Shown here: positions 20,893 through 30,032 of the stretch, one piece after another | How positions within the stretch are numbered: the stretch's first letter is position 1 | Layout of the letters: the number at the start of each line of letters is the position of its first letter | Assembly (NCBI GenBank): GCA_965238175.1 | Contig: CBDEGZ010000003.1 | Coordinates: 1,472,001 to 1,536,000, forward strand | Source: Gammaproteobacteria bacterium | Lineage (GTDB): Bacteria; Pseudomonadota; Gammaproteobacteria; CAJXQU01 | Direction of reading: 5' to 3' | DNA: 64,000 nucleotides | The notes under the pieces: model-generated | Seen by the model: only the letters and a program-made list of their open reading frames with translations | Databases searched by the model: none | What the model was told of the DNA's origin: nothing | Made by a program: the position numbers and the translations under genes

Positions 20893-22332
20893 ATGGAAAA
20901 CAATCAAAAATCAGTGAAAATAAAGATCATCGCTGGACCAAATGAAGGTGCCGAGTCTGTGCTTAAGCCAGGGCGTTATATGTTGGGTAAAGATGATTCA
21001 TGTGATCTTGTTATTCGCGATGATAGCCTTGCAGATCATCACCTTGATCTGGAAATTTCCTTGTCTGATGAAATTGTTCTGTTTCCTCTTGGTGGAGACG
21101 TGTCAATAAATCATCAAGCTTGTGAAGCAGGTTCTCTTGTGCACTTATTTGAAACTGTCAGTCTTGGGAATACACAATTTATTATTGGACCAGGGCATTC
21201 AGGTTGGCCTGAATTGTCTGATGGTGATAGTGAAGAAAACATAAGTGAACTAACTGATAAAAATAGTTCTCCTATAATTGAAGAGCCAGTTACTGATTCT
21301 AAAAATAACAAAAGACCAAGTCTTAAGGGATTTAAGGGATTTAAGGAATTGGGAAGTAAGATAAATGAGGTGGTTACAAATTTATCTACGACCTTAGAAT
21401 CCGCTGGAGAATCAGCTTGGCAAAAATCTAAATGGATAGTAATTATTGTAGCAAGCCTTTCTGTATTGATAATTGTAGGCTCAAGTTTAGGAACGGATAT
21501 GCTTGCAACAAAGGAGGCTGCCATAACAGTTAGTCAACCTGAAGCGGTTGATTCAATTTTCGAAGATTCACAATATTCCGAAGATTTAGTAATAGAAGAC
21601 TCATCATCTGGAATGCCGGTTTTGAAAGGGTATATTGATGATGTAGAGGCGTTTAAATCTTTTAAAATAAAGTTTAATAACCTGTCGACAGATATTATTT
21701 TTGATGTGAAAAATACTACTGAACTTGCAAGCCAGGCGCAGGAAATTCTCCACTCGATGAATTTTGAAAAAGTGACACTAATGCCAATGGAGAAAGGAAA
21801 TCTTGTTGCTAAAGGTAGTATAAATGATTCAACTTCATGGTTAAGAACTAAAACTCTTATTCAAAAGGATGTGAAAGGTATTAGTTCAATTGAAGATAGT
21901 GGTATTAGAAACCAGGAAACATTTGTTCGCTATATACAGATGGTTATTAAAAAGTTATCGCTTGATAGCTTGCTAGACATAAGCGTAAACAGGGATCCAG
22001 ACTCGATCAAAGTCATAGGTAACTTATCCGAAAAGGAATATAAAAATTGGCGTCAGATTAAAAATAGTTTTCAACAGCGTTATGGCAGCCTGATCCAAAT
22101 AGATGATAAGAAGGTAACAATAAAGAAAAGAAGTTTACTTAGACTTGCAATAAAAAGTGTAAGCATTGGCGATGTTTCATATATAAAGCTTAAAGACAAT
22201 AATAAGTACATGATTGGCTCAATCGTTGATGGTGGGTACAAAATTGAAGATATCCAACCGAGTAAATTAATTTTGAGCAGAAACGACAGGAAGTTTAATT
22301 ATCTAATAGGTGAAGGAAAAAGTTATGAATGA
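20893..22332 (+). CDS. sctD: T3SS inner-membrane ring SctD (YscD/HrpQ)
   Basis: FHA-like N-terminus (GPNEGA..LGKDDSCDLVIRD..H), one TM, periplasmic repeats, YscD C-terminus IKSVSIGDVSYI. Confidence 0.88.
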   Translation: MENNQKSVKIKIIAGPNEGAESVLKPGRYMLGKDDSCDLVIRDDSLADHHLDLEISLSDEIVLFPLGGDVSINHQACEAGSLVHLFETVSLGNTQFIIGPGHSGWPELSDGDSEENISELTDKNSSPIIEEPVTDSKNNKRPSLKGFKGFKELGSKINEVVTNLSTTLESAGESAWQKSKWIVIIVASLSVLIIVGSSLGTDMLATKEAAITVSQPEAVDSIFEDSQYSEDLVIEDSSSGMPVLKGYIDDVEAFKSFKIKFNNLSTDIIFDVKNTTELASQAQEILHSMNFEKVTLMPMEKGNLVAKGSINDSTSWLRTKTLIQKDVKGISSIEDSGIRNQETFVRYIQMVIKKLSLDSLLDISVNRDPDSIKVIGNLSEKEYKNWRQIKNSFQQRYGSLIQIDDKKVTIKKRSLLRLAIKSVSIGDVSYIKLKDNNKYMIGSIVDGGYKIEDIQPSKLILSRNDRKFNYLIGEGKSYE

Positions 22333-22564
22333 ACTGATTTCAAGTGCGAATACAGAATTGGAAGTGAGCTTGCTTAATGATGTCTCGGGTGAGTTTAAGC
22401 AATCTTTAATCGAAAAGCTTAATCTTGAGAGCAACAGGATAAATCAATATCTTACGAAAGGTCTTTTGCCTGAGCAATATCAAAAATATAGCGCCTTAGT
22501 AAATGCTATTAATCAATCAATAAAAACAATCGAAAATGTGTGGGTAAGATTTCATGGAGAATAG
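22325..22564 (+). CDS. YscE/SsaE-family needle co-chaperone
   Basis: ~79 aa helical; ELEVSLLND..GLLPEQYQ..L..AI pattern; directly after sctD. Confidence 0.75.
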   Translation: MNELISSANTELEVSLLNDVSGEFKQSLIEKLNLESNRINQYLTKGLLPEQYQKYSALVNAINQSIKTIENVWVRFHGE

Positions 22565-22568
22565 AATT

Positions 22569-22979
22569 ATGGAACCAGTACAAAAAAGTAACGATCAAAA
22601 TTCTCAAATGGCAATCGAAGTTGATAAAATGTTTTTTAAAACACTCTCACAAATTGGTTATATGGCGTGTATGAAGGGTATGCCAACCGAAGGTGAAATG
22701 ATTATGGAAAGCCTGGCTGGTTTGAAATCTGAGAATTCAGCAATTTTATTAGGGTTAGCGTTTTCAAAAATCACAATGATGAAATTTACCGATGCAGAAA
22801 AGGTAATCCGTGGAGTACTTGATAAGGACGCCAAGAATTTAACAGCAAAATGTTTTCTGGGTATTACACTGTTTGGTTTAGGTGATAGAAAACAAGCACA
22901 AGTTTACTTTGCTGATGTTCTGGCATTGGGTAATGATGATGAAAAAGCCATTGCCAAAGCTTATATGTCAGTAGAATAA
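22569..22979 (+). CDS. YscG/SsaH/EscG-like TPR needle chaperone
   Basis: TPR-like helices (LSQIGYMAC, AILLGLAF, AKCFLGITL); adjacent to the YscE-like gene. Confidence 0.65.
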   Translation: MEPVQKSNDQNSQMAIEVDKMFFKTLSQIGYMACMKGMPTEGEMIMESLAGLKSENSAILLGLAFSKITMMKFTDAEKVIRGVLDKDAKNLTAKCFLGITLFGLGDRKQAQVYFADVLALGNDDEKAIAKAYMSVE

Positions 22980-23004
22980 TTAAATTAAAGTAGAGGTATC
23001 TAAA

Positions 23005-23628
23005 ATGATAGAAGCAATTGAAGCAGCAACTGCATATAGTCAGACGCTAGATGTTAGCCAGTTATCACCAGGACAGACAACACAGCTAGACGCATCTCAT
23101 CAAAATATCGCGACGATTATTCAGCAGGCCGAAATGTTAGATCAAAATGGTGGAATAAACCAGCTTCCAAACGCCATCGAAACAAGTTCTTTGAAAAATA
23201 TTGGTGAGGAGCAAAGCTTTGGAGATAAGTTGTTCGGCAGAGTTTCAATGATGGATGGCAAATATACTGATATTATGGATCGCATGAAGAACGATTGGCC
23301 AGGTTATGGCAAAAACTTGGCAGAAAGAGGTGTATCTCTAAAGCAAGGATTAGAGAGTGGTGGAGGGATCACTCATATTTCAAATATCGGCAAAGGTGCC
23401 GAGGTTGGTAAACCTCAAACTCTTGAAGAAACAGTCAGCAATAGAATAGAACAAATGGAGCAATTTCGATCGAAGCAGGCTACATTTCAAGCTGCAGCTA
23501 TTCAAGCCGCACAAGATACAACATTTTGGTCTATGAGTGCAAAGATGTGGATGACAAAAGTGCAGGTTTTGACATCTGCAGTTTCTCAAATCAGTACTGG
23601 TTTCAGAACGTTATTCAACGCGCAGTAA
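23005..23628 (+). CDS. Probable T3SS inner rod SctI (long variant)
   Basis: C-terminus LTSAVSQISTGFRTLFNAQ resembles YscI/HrpB2/EscI; N-terminus MIEAIEAA. Confidence 0.6.
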   Translation: MIEAIEAATAYSQTLDVSQLSPGQTTQLDASHQNIATIIQQAEMLDQNGGINQLPNAIETSSLKNIGEEQSFGDKLFGRVSMMDGKYTDIMDRMKNDWPGYGKNLAERGVSLKQGLESGGGITHISNIGKGAEVGKPQTLEETVSNRIEQMEQFRSKQATFQAAAIQAAQDTTFWSMSAKMWMTKVQVLTSAVSQISTGFRTLFNAQ

Positions 23629-23652
23629 ATAAAGATATCTAATTAACTAAGT

Positions 23653-23785
23653 TGTAGAAGTTTAGACCCAATCTGACACATCACTAAATCAAGCTGAGCG
23701 TAGCAATGCTTGATTTAGTGAGAGTTACCCGCTTTGATGTAACTGCACGTAGACATCAAAACATAAAGAGGTAACTCTCATGATT
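23653..23785 (+). mobile_element. Degenerate left end of an older IS481-family copy
   Basis: Near-identical to 23786-23919 (IRL through the transposase start ATGATT), with a few substitutions. Confidence 0.85.
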
Positions 23786-25011
23786 TGTAGAAGTTTAGAC
23801 CCAATCTGACACATCACTAAATCAAGCGGAGCGTAGCGACGCTTGATTTAGTGAGAGTTACCCGCTTTGATGTAACTGCAACGTAAACATCAAAACACAA
23901 AGAGGTAACTCTCATGATTCATACTAATGACAAAGTTATAAAACATAAAGTTGGTCTACTCAATCTCGCTGAAGAACTCGGCAATGTCTCAAAAGCCTGC
24001 AAGATGATGGGTTTGTCCAGAGATACATTTTATCGCTACAAAGAAGCGGCTGATGAAGGCGGTGTAGAAGCCTTGTTTGATCGTAATCGGCGTACCCCAA
24101 ATCTTAAAAACAGAATCGACCCGGCTATTGAAACCGTTGTGCTCGAGTATGCACTGGAAGAGCCCGCACATGGTCAAACGCGCACCAGTAACGAGCTGCG
24201 CAAACGGGGAACATTTGTCTCACCCAGTGGCGTTCGTTGTATCTGGCTTCGTCATGGTCTTGCTTGCTTTAAAGATCGCCTGAAGGCATTGTCTGATAAG
24301 GTAGCTGGTGAAGGCTTGATCCTCACTGAGTCTCAAGTCGCGGCGATGGAACGCAAGAAAGACGACGATGAGGCTTGTGGCGAGATAGAGACGGCACACC
24401 CTGGTTATCTTGGCTCGCAAGATACTTACTATGTCGGTACTTTCAAAGGCATTGGTCGGGTTTATCAACAAACGTTTGTTGATACTTACAGCAAGGTCGC
24501 TCACGCGAAACTGTACCCGACTAAAACACCGATTACGGCAGCTGACATGCTCAATGACCGCGTCCTCCCATTCTACGAAGAACAACGTTTGCCTATGTTG
24601 CGCATTTTGACAGATAGAGGGACGGAGTATTGTGGGCGAGCTGACCAGCATGATTATCAGCTTTATATGGCGTTGAACAATATCGAACACACCAAAACCA
24701 AGGTCAAATCACCTCAGACGAATGGTATTTGTGAGCGATTCCATAAGACGATCCTCAATGAGTTTTATCAAGTCGCTTTGCGTAAGAAAATTTACCAATC
24801 GATTGATGAACTGCAACTCGACCTTGACGAATGGTTGCTCAAATACAATACTCAACGAACTCACCAAGGCAAAATGTGCTGCGGGAGGACGCCGATGGAA
24901 ACACTCATCGACGGACAAGCTATCTGGAAGGAAAAGTTTGTGAATTAAACTTAACCTGACAGTCGGTTACTGATAATTGGGTAACTGTCAGATCAAATCT
25001 GAATTTCTACA
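23786..25011 (+). mobile_element. Complete IS481-family insertion sequence (1226 bp)
   Basis: 26-bp imperfect TIRs TGTAGAAGTTTAGACCCAATCTGACA / TGTCAGATCAAATCTGAATTTCTACA; 7-bp direct repeat CATGATT at 23779-85 and 25012-18. Confidence 0.93.
23914..24948 (+). CDS. IS481-family DDE transposase
   Basis: HTH (GNVSKACKMMGLSRDTFYRY) plus rve core (GSQDT, LTDRGTEY, PQTNGICERFH). Confidence 0.95.
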   Translation: MIHTNDKVIKHKVGLLNLAEELGNVSKACKMMGLSRDTFYRYKEAADEGGVEALFDRNRRTPNLKNRIDPAIETVVLEYALEEPAHGQTRTSNELRKRGTFVSPSGVRCIWLRHGLACFKDRLKALSDKVAGEGLILTESQVAAMERKKDDDEACGEIETAHPGYLGSQDTYYVGTFKGIGRVYQQTFVDTYSKVAHAKLYPTKTPITAADMLNDRVLPFYEEQRLPMLRILTDRGTEYCGRADQHDYQLYMALNNIEHTKTKVKSPQTNGICERFHKTILNEFYQVALRKKIYQSIDELQLDLDEWLLKYNTQRTHQGKMCCGRTPMETLIDGQAIWKEKFVN

Positions 25012-25117
25012 CATGATTCATAATTTGCGAGGCTGGCGGGTTTATAGCCCCCTCCAGAGGATTTTCATCATACCACCCGCTTTGCGGGTGGTTGCTGATT
25101 ACTGTATGTTTAAAATA

Positions 25118-25628
25118 TTAACCGCCAAACACTGCAGCCCAGCCAGCTGCTCGTCTATGCTCTGGTGTTTCTCTTCGGTCATGCGCAATCCTCCAAGGGT
25201 TTCCACTACTATAACTAGAACCGCTTCCTCCCTCAGTGCTTAAATATTGTGCCCAATAAACAGATAATTCTGCCTGTTCTCTTTGCTGGCCCTCGCCTAC
25301 ATAAAAACTATTTATTTTTTCAGCTTTTTTCTGTCTGAAGTTGAACAAGGCACCATCTAAAACTTCCTGTGAAACGTCCTGTTCCAAAATTCTTGCTGCA
25401 GATGTAATGATATCTACCGCACCATCCCTCTCTGTTAGAGTGAGCCGCCTCTCTTTGTCCGCCTAATGTATTCCTGCCAAACAAAGCATTACGCCAAGGG
25501 TTCGCTACTTCTCTAATTCTAATGTTTAAAGCATTATCATCTCCACTTCGTCCATGTGCAGCTAAGAACGCATTGGTATCTCTTGTGAACTGCGCATCTG
25601 TATTGGTCGGGTTGAACCCGCCAATTCA
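25118..25628 (-). pseudogene. Frameshifted remnant of a hypothetical gene (candidate T3SS substrate)
   Basis: Two overlapping open frames (IGGFNPTNTDAQF... and ...ILEQDVSQEVLDG...) directly downstream of a copy of the island promoter. Confidence 0.4.
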
Positions 25629-25630
25629 TA

Positions 25631-25740
25631 AACCACTGAACGTAATTATGCTGGCAAGAAAATATTAATAATATTATTCTTATGGACTAATACTTTATTC
25701 TTACTAGATTAATATCTTTGTATTACTAGTACGTTAAACA
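25631..25740 (-). promoter_or_regulatory. Island promoter block, copy 3
   Basis: Reverse complement TGTTTAACGTACTAGTAATACAAA...AAGTATTAGTCCATAAGAATAAT..TTAATATTTTCTT..CATAATTACGTTCAGTGGTTT aligns with 35714-35812. Confidence 0.7.
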
Positions 25741-25831
25741 GAAGTGTTGCACCAATTTTAGGACAGGTCAAATAAAAGGCAGATAAGCTCTCAGAAACAT
25801 TGATACGCTGATACCCTCTGTACAATATTTT

Positions 25832-26569
25832 TTAACCCGAATGCAGGTTAGTTGAGCAGGATGCTATTTTCTGGTGATCCTGCTTATTCAATGCGGGTAA
25901 TTTTTTTGCAAGAATACGTAGAAGTTTAACAGGCGTATGCCTGAAATAGCCTAACAAGACTTCTGAGCTAGAATTACCTATTTTGTGTCCATCAACTCGT
26001 AGTTGTTGCAATTGAGAGTTGAGTTGCGGCTCATAATGTCTAAGACAGCCGATCAAATAATAGGCTGATGAGTAATTTTTAGAACCAATATAACTTGGCG
26101 ATATCTTAATATTTAAATTTTTGACGAAATTAATAGAAAACTCAGTTGCCAACCCTTCTTCTAGTGCATTCCCATTTCCAACAATCGGTGACAGTGTGTG
26201 AAAAACCTCGTGTCCCAGTTGAAACAAAGCGCGTTTTTTCTCCAGCATAGCCTCCCTTGTTAGTTGTATGACAACATGTTCTTGGTTTCCGGGAAACCAG
26301 ATCTGTGGTGCAGGATTATCGCTAAACTCATAACCTAAAATTGTGTAGTCTTTATCACGTGGGCCGATAATAGCTTCGGCTTGTACAATAGCTCTTCCGA
26401 TAAAAGTTGCTAATGTGTAGGTATACAGACACTCTACTTGATCCTCGCAAGTGGTCGTTTTCACTAGTGACGATAGAATTGGTTGTTGACTTTCGGCAAC
26501 GCTAGATAAAGAAGTAAGAGTAAATAATAAAGCTGTTAATCTTAAGAAAAAGAGTCGCATTCTGATCAC
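25832..26569 (-). CDS. Exported hypothetical protein with HEXXH zinc-peptidase motif
   Basis: Sec-type signal peptide; FQLGHEVFH and downstream LEEGLA. Confidence 0.7.
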   Translation of the reverse strand: MIRMRLFFLRLTALLFTLTSLSSVAESQQPILSSLVKTTTCEDQVECLYTYTLATFIGRAIVQAEAIIGPRDKDYTILGYEFSDNPAPQIWFPGNQEHVVIQLTREAMLEKKRALFQLGHEVFHTLSPIVGNGNALEEGLATEFSINFVKNLNIKISPSYIGSKNYSSAYYLIGCLRHYEPQLNSQLQQLRVDGHKIGNSSSEVLLGYFRHTPVKLLRILAKKLPALNKQDHQKIASCSTNLHSG

Positions 26570-26575
26570 CTGAAT

Positions 26576-27214
26576 TTAAAAAAGTTTAGCCGCCTCTATT
26601 GCAGCTTGCGTTCGATTATTGACACCTAATATTCGAAAAATTGCCGTACAGTGTATTTTTACCGTAGGCAAAGCCATATCAAGTTCACGGGCAATTTGTT
26701 TATTTGAATGGCCTTGGTGAATCAGATGTAAAACTTCGATTTGGCGTTTTGTTAATCCGCTCTCATCAATTTCGTTATTATTTAACTGGACAGGTAGTTC
26801 ATTAATTTTTGTATCAACTTCTATTTCAAAGTTGATTGCAGGACAGACTATTTCTCCCTTAAGAATTCTACCAATAACATGGCTAACAGTTCGCCATGTA
26901 AAATTAGTCGAGACGCAACCATTAGCACCGCGTGAAACGGTTGTACGAATTTGATCACTTGTTTCAAAATCACCAACAACTAAAATAGGTATATTTGGGA
27001 GACCAGCATGAAGTTGTTCAAGAATAGCCCAGCCATCCTTCGTTAAATCCATGTAAAGAACGATCAAATCATAGGCTTCAGATGTTTTTTGCTCAGAGAG
27101 AGCAGATTGAAATTTAGTTGCTTCATATACATATGCGTTTTCATCATATTCTTTGATCAAATTACAAAGACTATTACTGAAAAGTGCATACTGACAGATA
27201 ACAATTGCTTTCAT
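26576..27214 (-). CDS. NarL/LuxR-family transcription factor with atypical receiver domain
   Basis: LuxR HTH LTKRQIEVL..GHSNKQIARELDMALPTVKIH..LGVNNRTQA; overlaps the sctU stop. Confidence 0.9.
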   Translation of the reverse strand: MKAIVICQYALFSNSLCNLIKEYDENAYVYEATKFQSALSEQKTSEAYDLIVLYMDLTKDGWAILEQLHAGLPNIPILVVGDFETSDQIRTTVSRGANGCVSTNFTWRTVSHVIGRILKGEIVCPAINFEIEVDTKINELPVQLNNNEIDESGLTKRQIEVLHLIHQGHSNKQIARELDMALPTVKIHCTAIFRILGVNNRTQAAIEAAKLF

Positions 27215-28260
27215 ATTTCAGGGTTAAGTTGATTCAAATAGTTTGCTGTTTTCGTAACAGCATGACCTGGGATTGATCCATCAATAAAACCTTCTTCATC
27301 GAAAATCTGTGTCAGTTCATTATCATGAATTATCGGAATATGATCTGTTTCTGCGACATCGATCATTCGTTTCAGCATTGCCCCATTTCCTTTACTCAAG
27401 ATGATTGGTAATTCCATATCAGGTTCGTAACATATCGCTATAGCAACATTCGCATAGTCTGTCACAATCATACGAGTTTGTCTCATCCGTTCATCAAAAT
27501 CATCGTTCACAACTTCTAAGAACATTGAACGTCTGGCACCTTTGAGCATTGGATCGCCTTCGGAATTTTTATAATCGCGTTTTGCTTCTTCTTTAGTCAT
27601 TTTTTGACCTTCAAGAAAATAATGTTTTTGTAGTAGAAAATCAAATATGGATAAAAATATTAAAAGGGGTAAGAGTGCCAGAAACATTCTGGTAATCATT
27701 ATTTCTAACAGCGATAAATAACATTCAAGATCACAGTACTCTGTTTTAGCAGGCAAACTCTTAATGGTCTCGATAATAAGGAAAGATGTGATAATGCCAA
27801 TGAAAATGATTTTTGCACATGCCAGCAACGTTTCGCCGACACTTTTCAGAGAAAAAATCTGCCCGGCATTACTTACTGGATTTATTCGTTGAATTTCTGG
27901 TTTTATAGCAAAAAAAGCAAAGATTACTCCAAATTGGCTAACACTTGAGAGTATTATGGCAATAGTAATGATCACTAACAACGGTAAAATAATAAATTTC
28001 AATACGATGGAAAACATATGGATAAGTGCTAATGGAACAGCTTTTTCGAAATCCATTGTATAAAACTGTGAGGGAGATTGGATAATATCAATCAGGTATC
28101 CAAGGATATTGTCCCAATGAACATAAAAGTAAAGTGCCGCTATTAGCATTGACGCAGCAGTAACAATTTCTTTACTTTGGGGGACTTGTCCCTTATCACG
28201 GGATTCCTCCAGCTTACGTTTGGTCGCTTTTTCGGTTTTCTTACTTTTATCTTCAGCCAT
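27211..28260 (-). CDS. sctU: T3SS export switch SctU (NPTH motif absent)
   Basis: KTEKATKRKLEESRDKGQV, INPVSN..IFS, KMTKEEAKRDYKNSEGDP; follows sctRST. Confidence 0.9.
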   Translation of the reverse strand: MAEDKSKKTEKATKRKLEESRDKGQVPQSKEIVTAASMLIAALYFYVHWDNILGYLIDIIQSPSQFYTMDFEKAVPLALIHMFSIVLKFIILPLLVIITIAIILSSVSQFGVIFAFFAIKPEIQRINPVSNAGQIFSLKSVGETLLACAKIIFIGIITSFLIIETIKSLPAKTEYCDLECYLSLLEIMITRMFLALLPLLIFLSIFDFLLQKHYFLEGQKMTKEEAKRDYKNSEGDPMLKGARRSMFLEVVNDDFDERMRQTRMIVTDYANVAIAICYEPDMELPIILSKGNGAMLKRMIDVAETDHIPIIHDNELTQIFDEEGFIDGSIPGHAVTKTANYLNQLNPEI

Positions 28261-28277
28261 TTATGAAGACTCCTTTT

Positions 28278-29063
28278 CTATTGCAAGATCTTCATCAAGA
28301 GATCAGGTAAAAATTCTATCGATAGGATTTTATTTCTAATAAAGACCAAAATAGTACCGAGGTATAAAGCCAATACAAAAAGTACCACAGTACTTTTAAT
28401 CGGTATAGCGAGCAGGAATACGTTGACCGTTGGGACGAAGCGACCCATTAAACCCATTGAAAGTTCGGTTAGAAACATGATCAAAACAAAGGGAGCTGCC
28501 ATTAATAGTGCAAGGGCTAGAATGTTATCAAAATGTTGTAGAAGAATAGTAGCAGTCTCTATATTTAATTGAGGGTAATAGGAAGTTACTGGCCAGATGA
28601 CATAGGTTTGATAGATGACTGTCAACAGGGCGAGGAAGCCACCCACTGAAAAAAATAATACAGCTATGACTTGGGCAAAAAATGATCCTAAAAGTGAAGT
28701 TTGCCCACCAATAACAGGAGAAAACAATTGGGCAGTCAGAGCACCACGTTGCAAATCAATTATTTCACCCATTGATGCAACAGCCCAAAAAATGATGGCT
28801 GCTACATATCCGATGAGCAATCCCAGAACAGCTTCTTTAACAATCACGAGGATAAACAAAAGTCCATTAACTTCCACGACAGATAATTGTTTTGAAACTA
28901 CCGGTAAAATTATAACTGATAATATGATCGCAACACCGTTTCTGGCCGTTGTAGAAATGAGTTGACGACGAAAAAAAGGTAGTACCATAAAAATTATCAA
29001 AAATCGGGGAAGCGTTACTGTTAAAACTAATAACCAATGCTGTCCTGCAGAAATTATGTCCAT
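28278..29063 (-). CDS. sctT: T3SS export apparatus SctT
   Basis: KEAVLGLLIG, GEIIDLQRG, GRFVPTVNVF..PIKS. Confidence 0.93.
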   Translation of the reverse strand: MDIISAGQHWLLVLTVTLPRFLIIFMVLPFFRRQLISTTARNGVAIILSVIILPVVSKQLSVVEVNGLLFILVIVKEAVLGLLIGYVAAIIFWAVASMGEIIDLQRGALTAQLFSPVIGGQTSLLGSFFAQVIAVLFFSVGGFLALLTVIYQTYVIWPVTSYYPQLNIETATILLQHFDNILALALLMAAPFVLIMFLTELSMGLMGRFVPTVNVFLLAIPIKSTVVLFVLALYLGTILVFIRNKILSIEFLPDLLMKILQ

Positions 29064-29087
29064 GATGTTTAGGTCGTAACGATATGG

Positions 29088-29363
29088 TTAATGAGTCACT
29101 GTTGAGATCATTACGTACATTTGATCTGTAAACAGCATTAACTCGCGGCCCATCCAGTGAGCCGTAAATAGTATTACGATGATAGCCCCGACTAATTTTA
29201 GACCGAATGCCAGGGTTTGATCTTGTATCTGCGTCAAAGCCTGAAATAAACCAACTAAAAGTCCAATAACAGTCGCAGCTATTGTAACCGGTAGCGAAAG
29301 ATATAAAACCAATAGCAGGCTTTGAGAAGCAAAATGAATAATCTGTTCTTCATTCATATCCAA
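29088..29363 (-). CDS. sctS: T3SS export apparatus SctS
   Basis: GLLVGLFQALTQIQDQTLAFGLKL. Confidence 0.94.
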   Translation of the reverse strand: MDMNEEQIIHFASQSLLLVLYLSLPVTIAATVIGLLVGLFQALTQIQDQTLAFGLKLVGAIIVILFTAHWMGRELMLFTDQMYVMISTVTH

Positions 29364-29372
29364 TTACCGTGA

Positions 29373-30029
29373 CTAGACATAACTTAAAACCAGGCCATGA
29401 ATTAAACGTGTCCAACCATCAGCCATAACGAATAATAAAATTTTAAAGGGTAAAGAGATTAATATCGGTGACATCATGATCATCCCCATTGCGAGCAGGA
29501 TGTTTGCTATTACTATGTCAATAACGATAAAAGGCAGATAGACGAGAAAACCAATCTGAAACGCAGATTTCAATTCGCTTAGGACGAAAGAAGGCATTAA
29601 TACGAGAATATGTCGGTCATCCATATTGACTGCCTGGTCGTCAGGCCAGAGACGGCTTGTTGTGGAGACAAAAAATTCGCGTTCATCCTTGTCAGAATGG
29701 CGAGCAAGAAAATTTTTGATCGGTTCAAGACCACCGCCAATAGCATCATGGAGTTTAGGGTTTTGTAAATCGTTTATTTCTACATTGTGAGATTTGAACG
29801 CATCTATAGATGCAACTCCGACGGGAGCCATGATAAACAATGACAAGATTATGGCTAACCCATTAATGGCCATTGTGGGTGGAGCTTGTTGTAAGCCGAT
29901 AGCGTTACGCAGGATAAACATAACGACAACGATTTTGAGATATGAACTGACCATGATTGCAAGAAACGGTGCAAGAGCCAGGATAGATAATCCGCCTAAT
30001 AGTAGAAGGGGATTTGGTAATGCATCCAT
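29373..30029 (-). CDS. sctR: T3SS export apparatus SctR
   Basis: LRNAIGLQQAPP, SELKSAFQIGF, ISLPFKILLFV..DGW; no signal peptide (unlike FliP). Confidence 0.95.
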   Translation of the reverse strand: MDALPNPLLLLGGLSILALAPFLAIMVSSYLKIVVVMFILRNAIGLQQAPPTMAINGLAIILSLFIMAPVGVASIDAFKSHNVEINDLQNPKLHDAIGGGLEPIKNFLARHSDKDEREFFVSTTSRLWPDDQAVNMDDRHILVLMPSFVLSELKSAFQIGFLVYLPFIVIDIVIANILLAMGMIMMSPILISLPFKILLFVMADGWTRLIHGLVLSYV

Positions 30030-30032
30030 ACT

